A stretch of 64,000 nt of DNA from the human T2T-CHM13v2.0 reference genome, Homo sapiens: NCBI RefSeq assembly GCF_009914755.1, contig NC_060934.1; one strand, 5' to 3'. The position numbers were made by a program, and so were the translations under genes. Positions 16,691 through 28,875 of this stretch are shown in pieces (within the stretch, counting starts at the first letter, position 1; every line of letters starts with the position of its first letter). The notes under the pieces were generated by a model. It did not search any database. It worked only from the letters and a program-made list of their open reading frames with translations, and was not told the DNA's origin.

Positions 16691-17573
16691 TTAAAAGAAA
16701 ATGTTTGTTGAATGAGTGGAAAAACAAGGTGATGTTTGAGTCTACAGTGCTCAAAAGCATGGGGGCTTCAGAAAAGAACAAGATCAATTTCAAATCCCTG
16801 TACTTCAAATTTCTACTTCATGCCATGCAAAATTACTTTACCCCTCTTAACCTCAATTTCCTTCTGTGTGAAATGGGAAAAATAAAGTTTCATTTTTCAT
16901 TCAGTTTCTGTCAATATTTCATGAGATAAAACATATAAAACATCCAACTTGCTTAAATGTATGATTATTCCTGTCATTATTAGTAGTGGGATCAATTTCA
17001 CTATTATTGTCTATACAGTTCTGTGCCTAAAACCTACAAAACAAGAAAATGTTAACTCTAGAAAGTGCTAGTGATTTGTAATTTTTATATCATTAATTAT
17101 AACCCTGCTTAATCGCACAAGGCTTTTTATATGGCGGGTGCTCAATAAACACTTGCTGAATCAATGAATGTGTGCTCCGGAGCCACACTGTTTAGATTCT
17201 CTTCTCCTTTACCACTTATTAGCTGTGTGATCTGGGAAAGTTAATCCACCTCTTTATGTCTCTGTTTCCTTCTCTATAAAATATACATAATAAGAATCAC
17301 TAGCTTATTAGGTTGTTGCAAGGAATTAATAATTTGGCACATAATAGGGGCTTGTTAAATATTAGCTGTGATGATCTCCTTCCAAGTCTTCATTTTCAGA
17401 GCCACACACAAGGCTACAGTGCCAGCTTGTGACCCTAGAGTGTAAGTGCATATGATCGCCAACTATGTTCTCTTTCCACCCCAGGTCCAACACTGGGTAG
17501 TTAAGGACTGGAGGTTTCTCCTACATCTGCCTTCTTAGTGGCCACCTACAGACTTTTGTATTTTCCTCCTCAC

Positions 17574-17657
17574 ATCCCCGCAGATGGGGTCCAGGTTGCC
17601 CGACACAGCTGGGTGATCAACAGGGCAGTGACCACCTGTGCCAGCCCTATGAGGTAG
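17574..17657 (-). pseudogene. decayed ACSM exon (YLIGLAQVVTAL/DHPAVS-GNLDPICGD)
   Basis: cag|C TAC acceptor, GAT|gtgagg donor; homologous to ACSM (G)[33 protein letters not shown] with a frameshift and a deletion (84 nt vs ~100). Confidence 0.75.
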
Positions 17658-17835
17658 CTGAAGGATCACTGTTCCTTCCTTCTCAGGCTCTGGGCAGATG
17701 CCAGGGCTGGGGTGACACATACCCTCAAGTTTCTTGCTTTGGAGGGTCACATTTTCCCTTGGCAAGGTGGGTAAAGGTCAAAGGGAGCCAGAGACCTGTG
17801 ACCTGCCTGTGCCATGGGCCCAAACTATAAAGACC

Positions 17836-18099
17836 TGTCTTAGAGAGCCTCTCTCTGTTTGGTATCTAGGTTTATATATATATGGTGTCAGGAGTGGGAT
17901 TTGAACAAGATCACCATTGGAAGGAATCAGTGATTCCTGGAACCTATATGGAGCACACAGTTGGGCTCTTTGACCTTTTCACTTTCATGGCTCACCTTTC
18001 CTTTCCTGGTGAGTGTTCTCTTAGATTACGCCTTCTTCCTATTGGTACAGGCTTTTTCACTTGACTTAGGATTTGGTTGGGATAAGGCTGCCTTAGTAA
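17836..18099 (+). repeat. direct duplicate of the ERV LTR-end/PBS/leader junction (second copy 18925-19186)
   Basis: ~262-264 nt near-identical copies; perfect tRNA-Leu PBS TGGTGTCAGGAGTGGGAT at 17883-17900. Confidence 0.9.
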
Positions 18100-18124
18100 G
18101 CTTGCTAGCAGGTTTAAGTGTAAT

Positions 18125-18258
18125 AATGTTAAATGATGAGTTAATGGGTGCAGCACACCAACATGGCACATGTATACATATGTAACTAACCTGCACATTG
18201 TGCACATGTACCCTAAAACTTAAAGTATAATAAAAAATAAATAAAAATTAAAAAAAAC
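18125..18258 (+). mobile_element. short L1PA 3' end with poly-A
   Basis: GAGTTAATGGGTGCAGCACACC...CTTAAAGTATAATAAAA. Confidence 0.85.
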
Positions 18259-18284
18259 AGAGCCACTAATTTTAATCCATTTTT

Positions 18285-18565
18285 CTAAGTCAAGTAACTC
18301 AGGAATGGAAAACCAAACATCATATGTTCTCACTCACAAGTGGGAACTAAGCTATGAGGATGCAAAGGCATAAGAATAATACAATAAACTTTGGGGACTT
18401 GAGGGAAAGGGTGGGAGAAGGCTGAGGAACAAAACAACATATTGAGTACAGAGTACACTGCTCGGGTGATGGGTGCACCAAAATCTAAGAAATCACCACT
18501 AAAGAACTTATTCATGTAACCAAACACCACCTGTTCCCCCCCAAAACCTATTTAAATAAATTATT
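18285..18565 (+). mobile_element. L1PB-like 3' end
   Basis: GATGGGTGCACCAAAATC...CACTAAAGAACTTATTCATGTAACCAAACACCACCTGTTCCCC. Confidence 0.75.
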
Positions 18566-21374
18566 TTAAATGGAGTTACTAATTTTTTAAAAATTCTAAT
18601 AGAGCCAGCAAAGGCCATAAAGTTTTCATGCTTGTATGCCTAATAACAAAAATTATCACAGAAAGACTGCAAAACCCACAACCTTTTGCAAGTACACAAG
18701 AAATACTTCTACAAGGACATCTGCCCAGCAACTGCCTCTCCAACCTTGGACTGAACACACTTTCTATTGATCTTTGTAGCCAAGTATAATTATTTCCAAA
18801 ACAATTAAGTAATCCTCCTCATGTTATGTAAAAACCTGTGTCTTCCTTTACCTCTGTGAGTGCACACGTTTAATATGACAGGTGTATTCTCACTGCAACA
18901 CTTTATTCCCAAATAAGTATTTTTTGTCTTAGAGAGCCTCTCTCTGTTTGGTGTCTAGGTTTATATACACGGTGTCAGGAGTGGGATTTGAACAAGATCA
19001 CCATTGGAAGGAATCAGTGATTCCTGTAACCTGTGTGGAGCACACACTCGGGCTCTTTGACCTTTTCACTTTCATGGCTCACCTTTTCTTTCCTGGTGAG
19101 TGTTCTCTTAGATTAAGCCTTTTTCCTATTGGTAGAGGCTTTTTCACTTGACTTGGGATTTGGTTGGGATAATGCTGCCTTAGTAAAAGATCATACATCC
19201 ATCCAGGGATGATAAAATACTTTTTGTCTTTTCTGGTAGGTCCTTTCTGGTATAAAGACAAGTGTCCTTCTGGACTGAGTACTCTTAGTGTCTACAGAAT
19301 TTACATTCTGCCTGTATGTTTTCTCTGGTTTGCATGCCTAGTTTAATATTTAATTCTGTGTGCATGCCTATGTCAAAATTTTTGCAAACACTTTTATCTT
19401 GCTTTCTTTTGATTTGGTTGGACTCTTTTCCCTTGCAGAATGACTAGTTAAAAGTCACCAGTGAAGTCACCACCATCTAAAATACCCATGTAAACTCCTG
19501 ACATTCCCTGATAGGATTTATAGAATTTTCTTTGCTCTCAAGAGATTAACAAGGAACTGAGTGGTATTCTCAAACATTAAGGGATGACAGGTTTTCTGAC
19601 ACTCTAGACAGCTACATATTACAGCCTGCTCTTGTGCACATTTCAAAACTGTGGGCAAATCACATTAAGAAATGTTCAGTGTTCAAATGGTCATTATTCA
19701 AAAACCTACAAGTATAGAGTTAACAGAGTCTTCTACGTTCTCTATCTCTGTTTTTTTCCTGCCTACTCTGAATCAGCTGACTTTTCTAGTGTTGTTAATA
19801 TAAAACTCATTGCTTATGGCATTCCAGCTAAAAATTTTTAAAAATAAGTCTTAAAGGGCTTTTAAGTTAATGGCTTTACAAGTTACAATGGCTCCATGGT
19901 GAGCAACAACCTAGATACCTTTATAAATACACATTTAGATTTGTCTTACAATTATGTACAGTGATAAAACACTTAACTTAAAAATTAATAATCTAAAAGA
20001 AAAGGAACTAGGTAAGTGTTTACAAAAGTTAGGCTCTTAGATCAAACAGGTCAAAATCTTAAGCTCAGAGCAATAATATGTTATCTCTGTCCAGCAAAAA
20101 AATGTTTGCTTTTGTTGCCACACAGAAGCCAAAATGTAAAAGCGGAGAGAAAAAAGAAACTACTAAAATTCTTTTGCCCACATTTGCTAACCAAGCAAAC
20201 TAAATCAGCAAACAAAAGATAGACTGGTTACTAATTCAATGCTACTTGGAGATTTTGTTCTTTCTTACACTATTCCACCAGTCCTAGTTAAAATGTACAC
20301 ATTGACAATTTAACCATAAATTTATTAGAAACTGAACAAAGGCAGAGAAAAGGGTGAAAGGCTTTTTTTTTTTTTTTTTTTTTTTTACTCAAACTGCTGT
20401 GAAAACTGCTTTACCCAAAATTTTGGTCCACAGCCTTCACCAGATTATCTATTAGGGCAAATAAAGTTTAGCCTCTATATGTAAACAGGTCCCAATTTTG
20501 TCAGAAATATAATTTGGGTCCAAATGTTTTATCAGCCAGTGAGTTTGTATTACTATCTCACAACCAAAATTCTAAAATAAAAGCGATGAGATTTTTATTT
20601 TTTGTGTGTATACATATGTGTTTAGATGTGTTCATATAGAAGCACATGTATCATGTTACATATTATGTCTACATGGTGAAATCTGGCATAGTCAGCCAGA
20701 AATTCCTTAAAGATAAATGAGTACTCATATAAAGTACAAAATATATAATAATTACCAAATGCCTTTTAGTTCACATGACTTAAATAAATCTTTTTATTAT
20801 TATTTTATTTTTATTATTTGATTTTATTTATTTACTGAAGCTCATTTTTAAATTATTGGTAAAAATAAAAATGTCTTTAGAATTGTCAGCATATATTTCT
20901 GCCTGGGTTTACTGGTTACTTTAATATTTGTCTCCGATAGATATTTTAAGGTGTCAGGGTTTCACATGAAGGTTATACAACTGTAAGCCCAGGCTAAAAC
21001 AAAGTGATTTTTGTATAATTATTTGATAAGCAAAACTAACTTAATACTGTTGCTTTAATAAAAACAGCTGTATCTTCTGAGTTGTTGGGAACATGCTCCT
21101 ACATTTAACTTCAAGGTCCTTAATCAGGTGAACATTGATATTCACAAGCTGTAAAAATGATTAACAGGGAAATAACTTGAAATGAGATCGAGTTTTGTCT
21201 AATATCCCAGTTCTCACTGGTAATCCAGGTAAATGTTAGAAAATTAAATGTAAATGAGAAAAATGTCTATAAAGTTTTCATGTAACTTGATGTCTTAAAG
21301 TTACATTAAATAATAGATACTAATTAAATGTGTAGGTCATTTCCAAATAAGATTTTAAAGTTATGTTCTAGGGG

Positions 21375-21725
<351 letters not shown>

Positions 21726-21814
21726 TTAGGGAATATGTTTGTAAAAATTATAAAATGGTTCTTATCTATAAAATACTGATAGGTGACAGACAATTTAAAA
21801 TTTCTTACTTTCAG

Positions 21815-22165
<351 letters not shown>

Positions 22166-24599
22166 TTAAAATTTTTAATTAGTACATATAATTCTATATA
22201 TACAATGTGCCAAAAAATAAGGCGTTCTTGGTGAGAAAAAAATTATTAGAAAGTCATAAAAAATACATTTTATTGAGAAAAAGAATATTTTTATCGAATT
22301 TGGGGATCATTTAAAAGTTGTTTCACAGTAGCTAGAAAAGAACTAGTAAGTAGGAGACAGATGTAAAGAAAGTTATGGATATTAAGATGTAATTTTGGTA
22401 ACAGAAGTCTTTCTAAAGATTGAAATTTGACATTAAAATACATTAATACAAAACAACAAAATAAGTTGGTCCCCTATGTTAGAATGACAGTTTGCTTACT
22501 GATTTGCTCTTAGTAAAATTTTAAGAGGTTTTATTTTTAATTCTAAAATCTTATTTAATAGAAGATTTAAACTAGTTCTAATTCTTCCTGAGATCTAACT
22601 AACTTCCCTAGTTTCAGATTGGAAATGCGGTGTCTTTCTTTCAGAATGGCCATTTCATTTCTAGAGGTAACATTTTTCTTTTTCAAACTTCTCAGATTTA
22701 TATCCGAAATTCAACTTTCTCTGTACCACATTGCAGGTCATAAACCACTGCCTTCTGTTTTTTCCCCCTTTAAAAAGGTGTATCTTTTTGCATGGCCACA
22801 ATGGTAACAGTGGTAGCTCTGTCTTTCAACATTTTTGTCAACTCCTGTAACATTTTTTCTCTGGTTCTAGTTCTGCTGTTATGGCCTGACACTGAAATGG
22901 TTAGCATGAAGGTCTGGAAAACCAATGTTTTCCTCCAACATAACTTGAATCTGTACTTTTGGCTTTTCTTCCTATGTCTAAATTGTTGTTCCATGTAACC
23001 AGGAAACTTCCCATGCTGTTACTAACAGCCATGTATTCCCTGGCTCATGGTACTAATTTCCTTGTTTACATTCCTCTAAAATACAGTGTACACTCATATC
23101 CCTGTACATACTCTTCCTGTGTCTGATTAAATTCAAGTACCCTTTTTGATTACTCAGGAAAACTAAGCTTTAAAAGGGTTCGAGTTTTCATATCCACATA
23201 ACTTTCTGTATAGCTTTTAAGTCTCTGGTTAAATGACTATTCTTTTAACAGTGACCTGTGATTCTGTTTTGATCAAATGTTTTCAATCTTTGACAGGTTT
23301 CCCCAGAGTCAAAAATCCTAAATTAAGTCTTAAAATTAACTTCGGGACTGTTCAGCTGGGTCCCTGGAGAGTCTAAAGAATGGATCTCTCACCTTGTAGA
23401 GATATTAAATTATTAGATTTGGTAGACTGTATGAGCGGGCATTGTCAAATGTTGTGATACTGCATGGGAGAGCATTGTCAAATTATGTGATATTAGATCC
23501 CACTTCAGTTACATTTATAGGTATGTTATTGACACGCATGTTCCAAAAATTATATAAACTTATAAAAATTTAATGATTCATAATTTTGATTGTTACGCTA
23601 AATATTTGCTAAAGTTACATTTGTATAAATATGTTATTAATGCATTCTGAAGATTGTATGAAATTTATAAAAGCCTGGTGGTCCTGATGTGATGCTGTCA
23701 GTCATGATTCTGGTTATTGTCTTAACATGCTGCACGTAAGAGAAGTAACTAAATTTCCTTGTCAATTGGGAACTTTCATCAGATTTTCATCATAGCTATT
23801 CTGTTTCCATCATCCACAGTTCTGCTTTGAATTCGAAAAATATTTGCGATCAGCGATAGTCCAAATTTGCTTTTCATGGAAAAAACTCTTAACAGGTCCT
23901 CTTGAACACAGGTTTCTGATAACTTTCAGATCAATAAACTACCCCAGCCTTTACCGCTATGCAATATAGGCATGTAAGAAACTTGTACTTATACCCTTTA
24001 AATATATTAAAACAAATGTTTTAAAAAAATAAACTAAACACAAATTCCTAGAACTCTAATAAACTTAAGGGTTCAAAAAACTGCTAAGCAAGATCAAGCA
24101 AAACAAAAAATCTATGAAATTAAGATAATATTTTTATAACTTTTATTTAAAACACTGTTGGTTGTATTCTAGATTTAAGAAAGGTTTCTCACAGATGTTA
24201 TCTATAATTTACATCAGTTTGGTAAAGCACACTTGTAAACAAAGGTGGAAGCATTTGGTTTTTCTCCCTAGTTGATCCCTCCAAAATTTGGAAACTATTC
24301 ACAAATATTCTAATTTTCGTTTACATATCGGCTCTTTATAAGCAGGATAAAATCGGAAATATTGGTTATATTATCAAGGCTTTGACTGAAACATCATATT
24401 TAAGAATATGCATAAAATGCCCGGATTCAAGAGTTTCCAGCCTTACAGTGAGGGGAGAAAAATGTCACTTCCTGGCGGACCTGACAACCTTAGAACTTTT
24501 CGGGGAGAAGCTTGGCAGGGAGGGGACCTGGCAGCTGCTCCTGGGCAGGAACCAGAGGGCAAAGTCCGTGGCGACCCTCGGGCCTGGCGGGGACCTTAC

Positions 24600-25332
24600 G
24601 CTTCCCGGCGTCTTTCCCTCTGCCCCGCCGGCTGCTGAGGGAGCGGCGGCCGCCCTGCGCCTGGAGGTCGTTCCCTCGCCTCCTCCGGGCCGCGGGTAGC
24701 GAGAGGCGGCGGCGGCCGGAGCCGGTGTGGGCGGCCTGAGGCGAAAGCCCGGCCGGCCCCTAGGGGAATGAAACAACCACCGGCTACCAGAGCAACAACG
24801 GCCTCCGCGGCTGCACCGCCGACTTCCCGGAGGAGCGAAGGCGCCCCGCAAAAACACGCCGCAGAGCGGAACCCGGGCCCCGCCGCCCCAGCAGGGGGCA
24901 GCAGCGACGCAGACAGGAAGCCCAGGTCCTGAGCGCTGGACACCTCGGCGGCCTCCGCGACCAATGAGCGCCACACCAACCTCCAGGCGGCGCTCCCACC
25001 GCACCTGCCGCCGCCGCCGCCCCGGGGCGAGAACTGCGCCGTCGGCCCTGCCACGCTGACCCGTGGGGCCCCGGCCGCCGCCCCAGGGTGACGAGGAGGA
25101 GCAGGACGGGGCCCCAGAGAAGGGCAAGAGCTCAGAGCTCGGGCTCCAGTGCCAGGAAAAGGCCAGGAGCAGAAGATGGAGAGATGGAGAAGCAGCAGGT
25201 GCGGAGAAGCGGCGTTCCACGGGCTGGGTCAGCATCCGCTGGCGGATCTTAGATGACTTTGAAGATGAGGAAGCAGGGCAGAAAGAGCGGAAACGAGAAG
25301 GTGCAATGACACAACGGAACCCAATGCAGAAT
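24600..25332 (+). pseudogene. PAWRP1: PAWR (Par-4) pseudogene, 5' portion only, CpG-island-like
   Basis: frames give TGYQSNNGLRGCTADFPEE (cf. MATGGYRTSSGLGGSTTDFLEE), PPPQGDEEEQDGAPEKGKSS, EKRRSTG and LDDFEDEEAGQKERKREGAMTQRNPMQN; frameshifts present, start codon lost, homology stops at ~codon 173; symbol from recall of a PAWR pseudogene at this locus. Confidence 0.85.
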
Positions 25333-25577
25333 CCAGCCCCAGGACTCAAACGCTGGCTTTAATTCCAACTCACACCCCGTGCCCCTAATCAGAGAGGATC
25401 AGGGGAGATGGAGGACCCAAGGAACCCTGGCACCTGAAGGGTGGGAATCTGAGGCCAAGACTGATTGTGGGAAATTGTGGGAATCAGGAAAGGAGGAAGT
25501 GAGGCAGAATGGGGGGACGGCGGGGGTGGGGGGATGGCGGGGAGCTGGGCTAGGAAGGATTAAAAATCAGAAGCTCA

Positions 25578-25828
<251 letters not shown>

Positions 25829-26232
25829 GTTAGAACCTTAGGAAGGATCCAGAGGGGAACTGTCCTTAGGAAGGTGCATGCTGGGGATGAAGGAATTGGT
25901 TTTAAGACTCAGGAAGTGAGGGCAAGGGAGAGACGAGTGTTGGGGGTGCAGTGGGGTGCTAATGCAGCAGCCAAGCAGAAGACTGGAGGAAAACAGAGCC
26001 CTTCTCCTCCAACTCCAGCTGCTCCTCTGAGTCCCAGGCCACCTGCTCCTGTGTCTGCCAACCTACTGACATGTCTCCCAGCCCTGCTGGAATGCTGTTC
26101 CTCCTGATCTCTGCCCTGCCCCAGACCTTTCACTAACCCCACCACCCCCACTGTCCAGGTCCTACCACCCCACTGCCCCGACCATAGCCTGCCCCTATCC
26201 CAGATGCCTCTCCTTCCAGCCTCTTGCCCTAG

Positions 26233-26320
26233 GTGACACAAAGGGGACCTGGACATGCAGGTGAAGAGGGTGTTCTTCTGGGTCCTCCTGCTCAAGTATC
26301 CCGCTCATGCAGTTATGAGT
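26233..26320 (+). other. diverged paralogue of the signal-peptide exon (MQVKRVFFWVLLLKYPAHAVMS|gtgagt)
   Basis: CCCTAG acceptor (26230-26232), 22 nt leader ending GGAC, ATG 26255, 22 open codons, GTGAGT donor at 26321: same architecture as 9502-9589(-); upstream flank 25540-26030 aligns by eye to ~10190-9910(-). Confidence 0.7.
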
Positions 26321-26589
26321 GTGAGTAAATGTTGGATATGACACAGATTCTATTTCTCAAGCTGTTTCACACTGTGGTTTACCTAACAGTGTTTTTGTGG
26401 AATCATCTATGGGGATTTGGTCCTCCCTGCAGACCTCAGTGCAGATTTCTTGAGCAGCCTACAGGGGCTCTGGCCCCACCTGTCCACACCAAGTTCTGGG
26501 TCCTGCATGCCCTGCTTGGCCCAAATACAGCAAGGTTGACAGGATGGAAAGCTGAAAATGGTGACTTATAATATCGAAAAGTAAGGATT

Positions 26590-27560
26590 TCACGGCCCAG
26601 TGAAACAGAATGGAGAACCCAGAAATAAATCCTTGCATTTACAACCAACTCATTTTTGACCAAGGCACCAGGAACATACCTTGGGAAACAGATGGTCTCT
26701 TCAATAAATGGTACTGGGAAAATGAGACACGTGAAGAATAAAACTAGACTTCTATGCCTCATCATATATAAAAATCAAATCAAAATGAATTAAAAACTTA
26801 CATGTAGGAAACTATGAAACTACTAGAAGAAAACATAGGGGAAATACTTTAGAACACTGGTCTAGGCAAAGATTTCCTGAGTAAGACCTCAAAAGCACGG
26901 GTAACCAATGCAAAAATTGATAAATAGAATTACATCAAGCTAAAAAGCTTCTTCACATCAATAAAAATAAAAATAAAGTGAAGAGACAACCCACAGAATG
27001 GGAGAAAAATTTTCCAAACTATTCATCCAACAAGGGATCACTAACAAGAATACGTAAGAACTCAAAAACAAAAATTCCAAATAATCCAATTTAAAAATGG
27101 GCAAAAGATTTCAATAGACATTTCCCAAGAGAAGATACACAAATGGCCAACAGTTATATGCAAACATGTTTAACATCACTAATCATCAGATAAATCCAAA
27201 TCAAAACCACAATAAAATATAATTTAACCTCAATTAAAATGGCAATTGTCAAAAACTCAGAAAATAACAAATGCTGAAAAGGACACAGAGAAATGGGAGT
27301 GCTCAAACACTCTTCGTAGGAACATAAAATAGTTTATCCACTATGGAAAACTGCATGGAGGTTCCTCAAAGAACTAAAAATAGAACTATCATATGATTCA
27401 GCAATCCCACTGCTGGGTATATGCCTACAAGAAAGAAAATCAGTATGTCGAAGAGACATCTGCACTCCCAGTTTATTGCAGCACTATTCACAACAGCCAA
27501 AATATGAAATCAACCTAAGTATCAACGGATGAACGGATAAAGTGTGGTACATATATATGA
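26590..27560 (+). mobile_element. old L1 (L1MA/L1PB) ORF2-3' fragment
   Basis: diverged L1 ORF2 C-terminal sequence (CCCAGAAATAAATCC...CAATCCCACTGCTGGGTATATG). Confidence 0.8.
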
Positions 27561-28614
27561 AAAAAAAAGGATTTGTGAATATACTAAAAGCCATTGAATT
27601 GTATGCCTGAAATGGGGAAGTTGTATGCTATATGAGTTCTATTTCAATAAAGTTGTTTTTTAAAACATAAGGAATCTTATTTAATAATCATCATGGGCAT
27701 TCTTGGAAGCCCTCTGCAAGATCCTGTTTCAAGTTCTGCAAGTTTGGGGTCCAACCTGTGTGAACCTTGTTTCCCTATGAGTACATTATTTATGTTTGTG
27801 AAAGCTTGACAGCTCCAAGAACACTAGTACTTAATCGTTGGTTTTAGCACTAGTCTGTGTAACCAAATACCACCTGTACCCCCTATAACTTACGGAAAAA
27901 AAGTGAAATGTCTTTTGCACTCTGTTATTTCGAGTTTGTTGATTTTTAGCAACATCTGGGTCATCCCTTTTCTTCTTCTCTGGCAGGCTGCCCCTAGGGA
28001 TTCCCTGTTCAGCCGGTTTGATGAGAGCCCTAAGAAACCCATCAGATACCAAAATAAATGGCTATATTCTGCTGGAATGTTTGTAGTGGGGGAATCACAT
28101 ATGACCAGGAGGTGAATTATTATTGTCATTTCCTTTGTGAAATGTGTCACTTGTCATCTCTTGATTTACCCAAGGCAGGGAGAGAGAAAGAGAAAAAGGG
28201 AGTTGATCAGACACTTCCCATTAAGATAAGTATTAATAAATTTCTTCTGATCACCATGGCCCAGATACCTATGGAGGGATCTGGAAAGGTCCAGTGTTCA
28301 GGAACAACCCTATCATTTAGGCAGTGTTAGGCCAATTGAATACTTCCAATCAAAAGAACCTATTCTGTTTCTTTCCTTTGAGTCTTTTAAAAGGGCAAAT
28401 GTCTTGAAAACGTTTATTCTTAGAGTTTTGGGGGTTTTGTTGTTGGTTGTTGTTGTTGCTTCTATCTTGGCTGCATTTTTCATAGGTCATCTAACCTCTC
28501 TTTTCCTAGCATCTTTGAGCATTTGGATAAATTAAGCTGTCTTGCATTTCCCACCTCCACCCTTGCTCATGGCCGCATTCGCCTCTCAAAATTCCCCTGA
28601 GCCTTCTGAGGACT

Positions 28615-28875
28615 TTTTTTTTAACTTTTATTTTAGATACAGGGAGTACATGTGCAGGTTTGTTACATGGGTATACTGCAATTAAGTAGTGAGCATAGTA
28701 CTCAGTAGGTCGTTTTTCAACCCACGCTCCTCTCCCTCCTTCCCCACTCTAGTACACTGTGTCTACTGTTCCCATGTTTATGTCAATGGATGCTCTATGT
28801 TTAGCTCCCACTTATAAGTGAGAAAGTGCGGTATTAGGTTTTTCTATTCCTGTATTAATTTGCTTAGGATTATGA
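28615..28875 (-). mobile_element. old L1P 3' end
   Basis: poly-T then CATGTGCAGGTTTGTTACATGGG ... CCCACTTATAAGTGAGA. Confidence 0.8.

Noticed and set aside
17883-17906. tRNA-Leu-like sequence
   Set aside because: Only the complement of the tRNA 3' end, directly after an LTR end: a retroviral primer-binding site, not a tRNA gene.
24465-25349. 294-aa minus-strand ORF
   Set aside because: Antisense shadow of the GC-rich PAWR pseudogene; stop codons are rare at this GC content and there is no recognisable domain.
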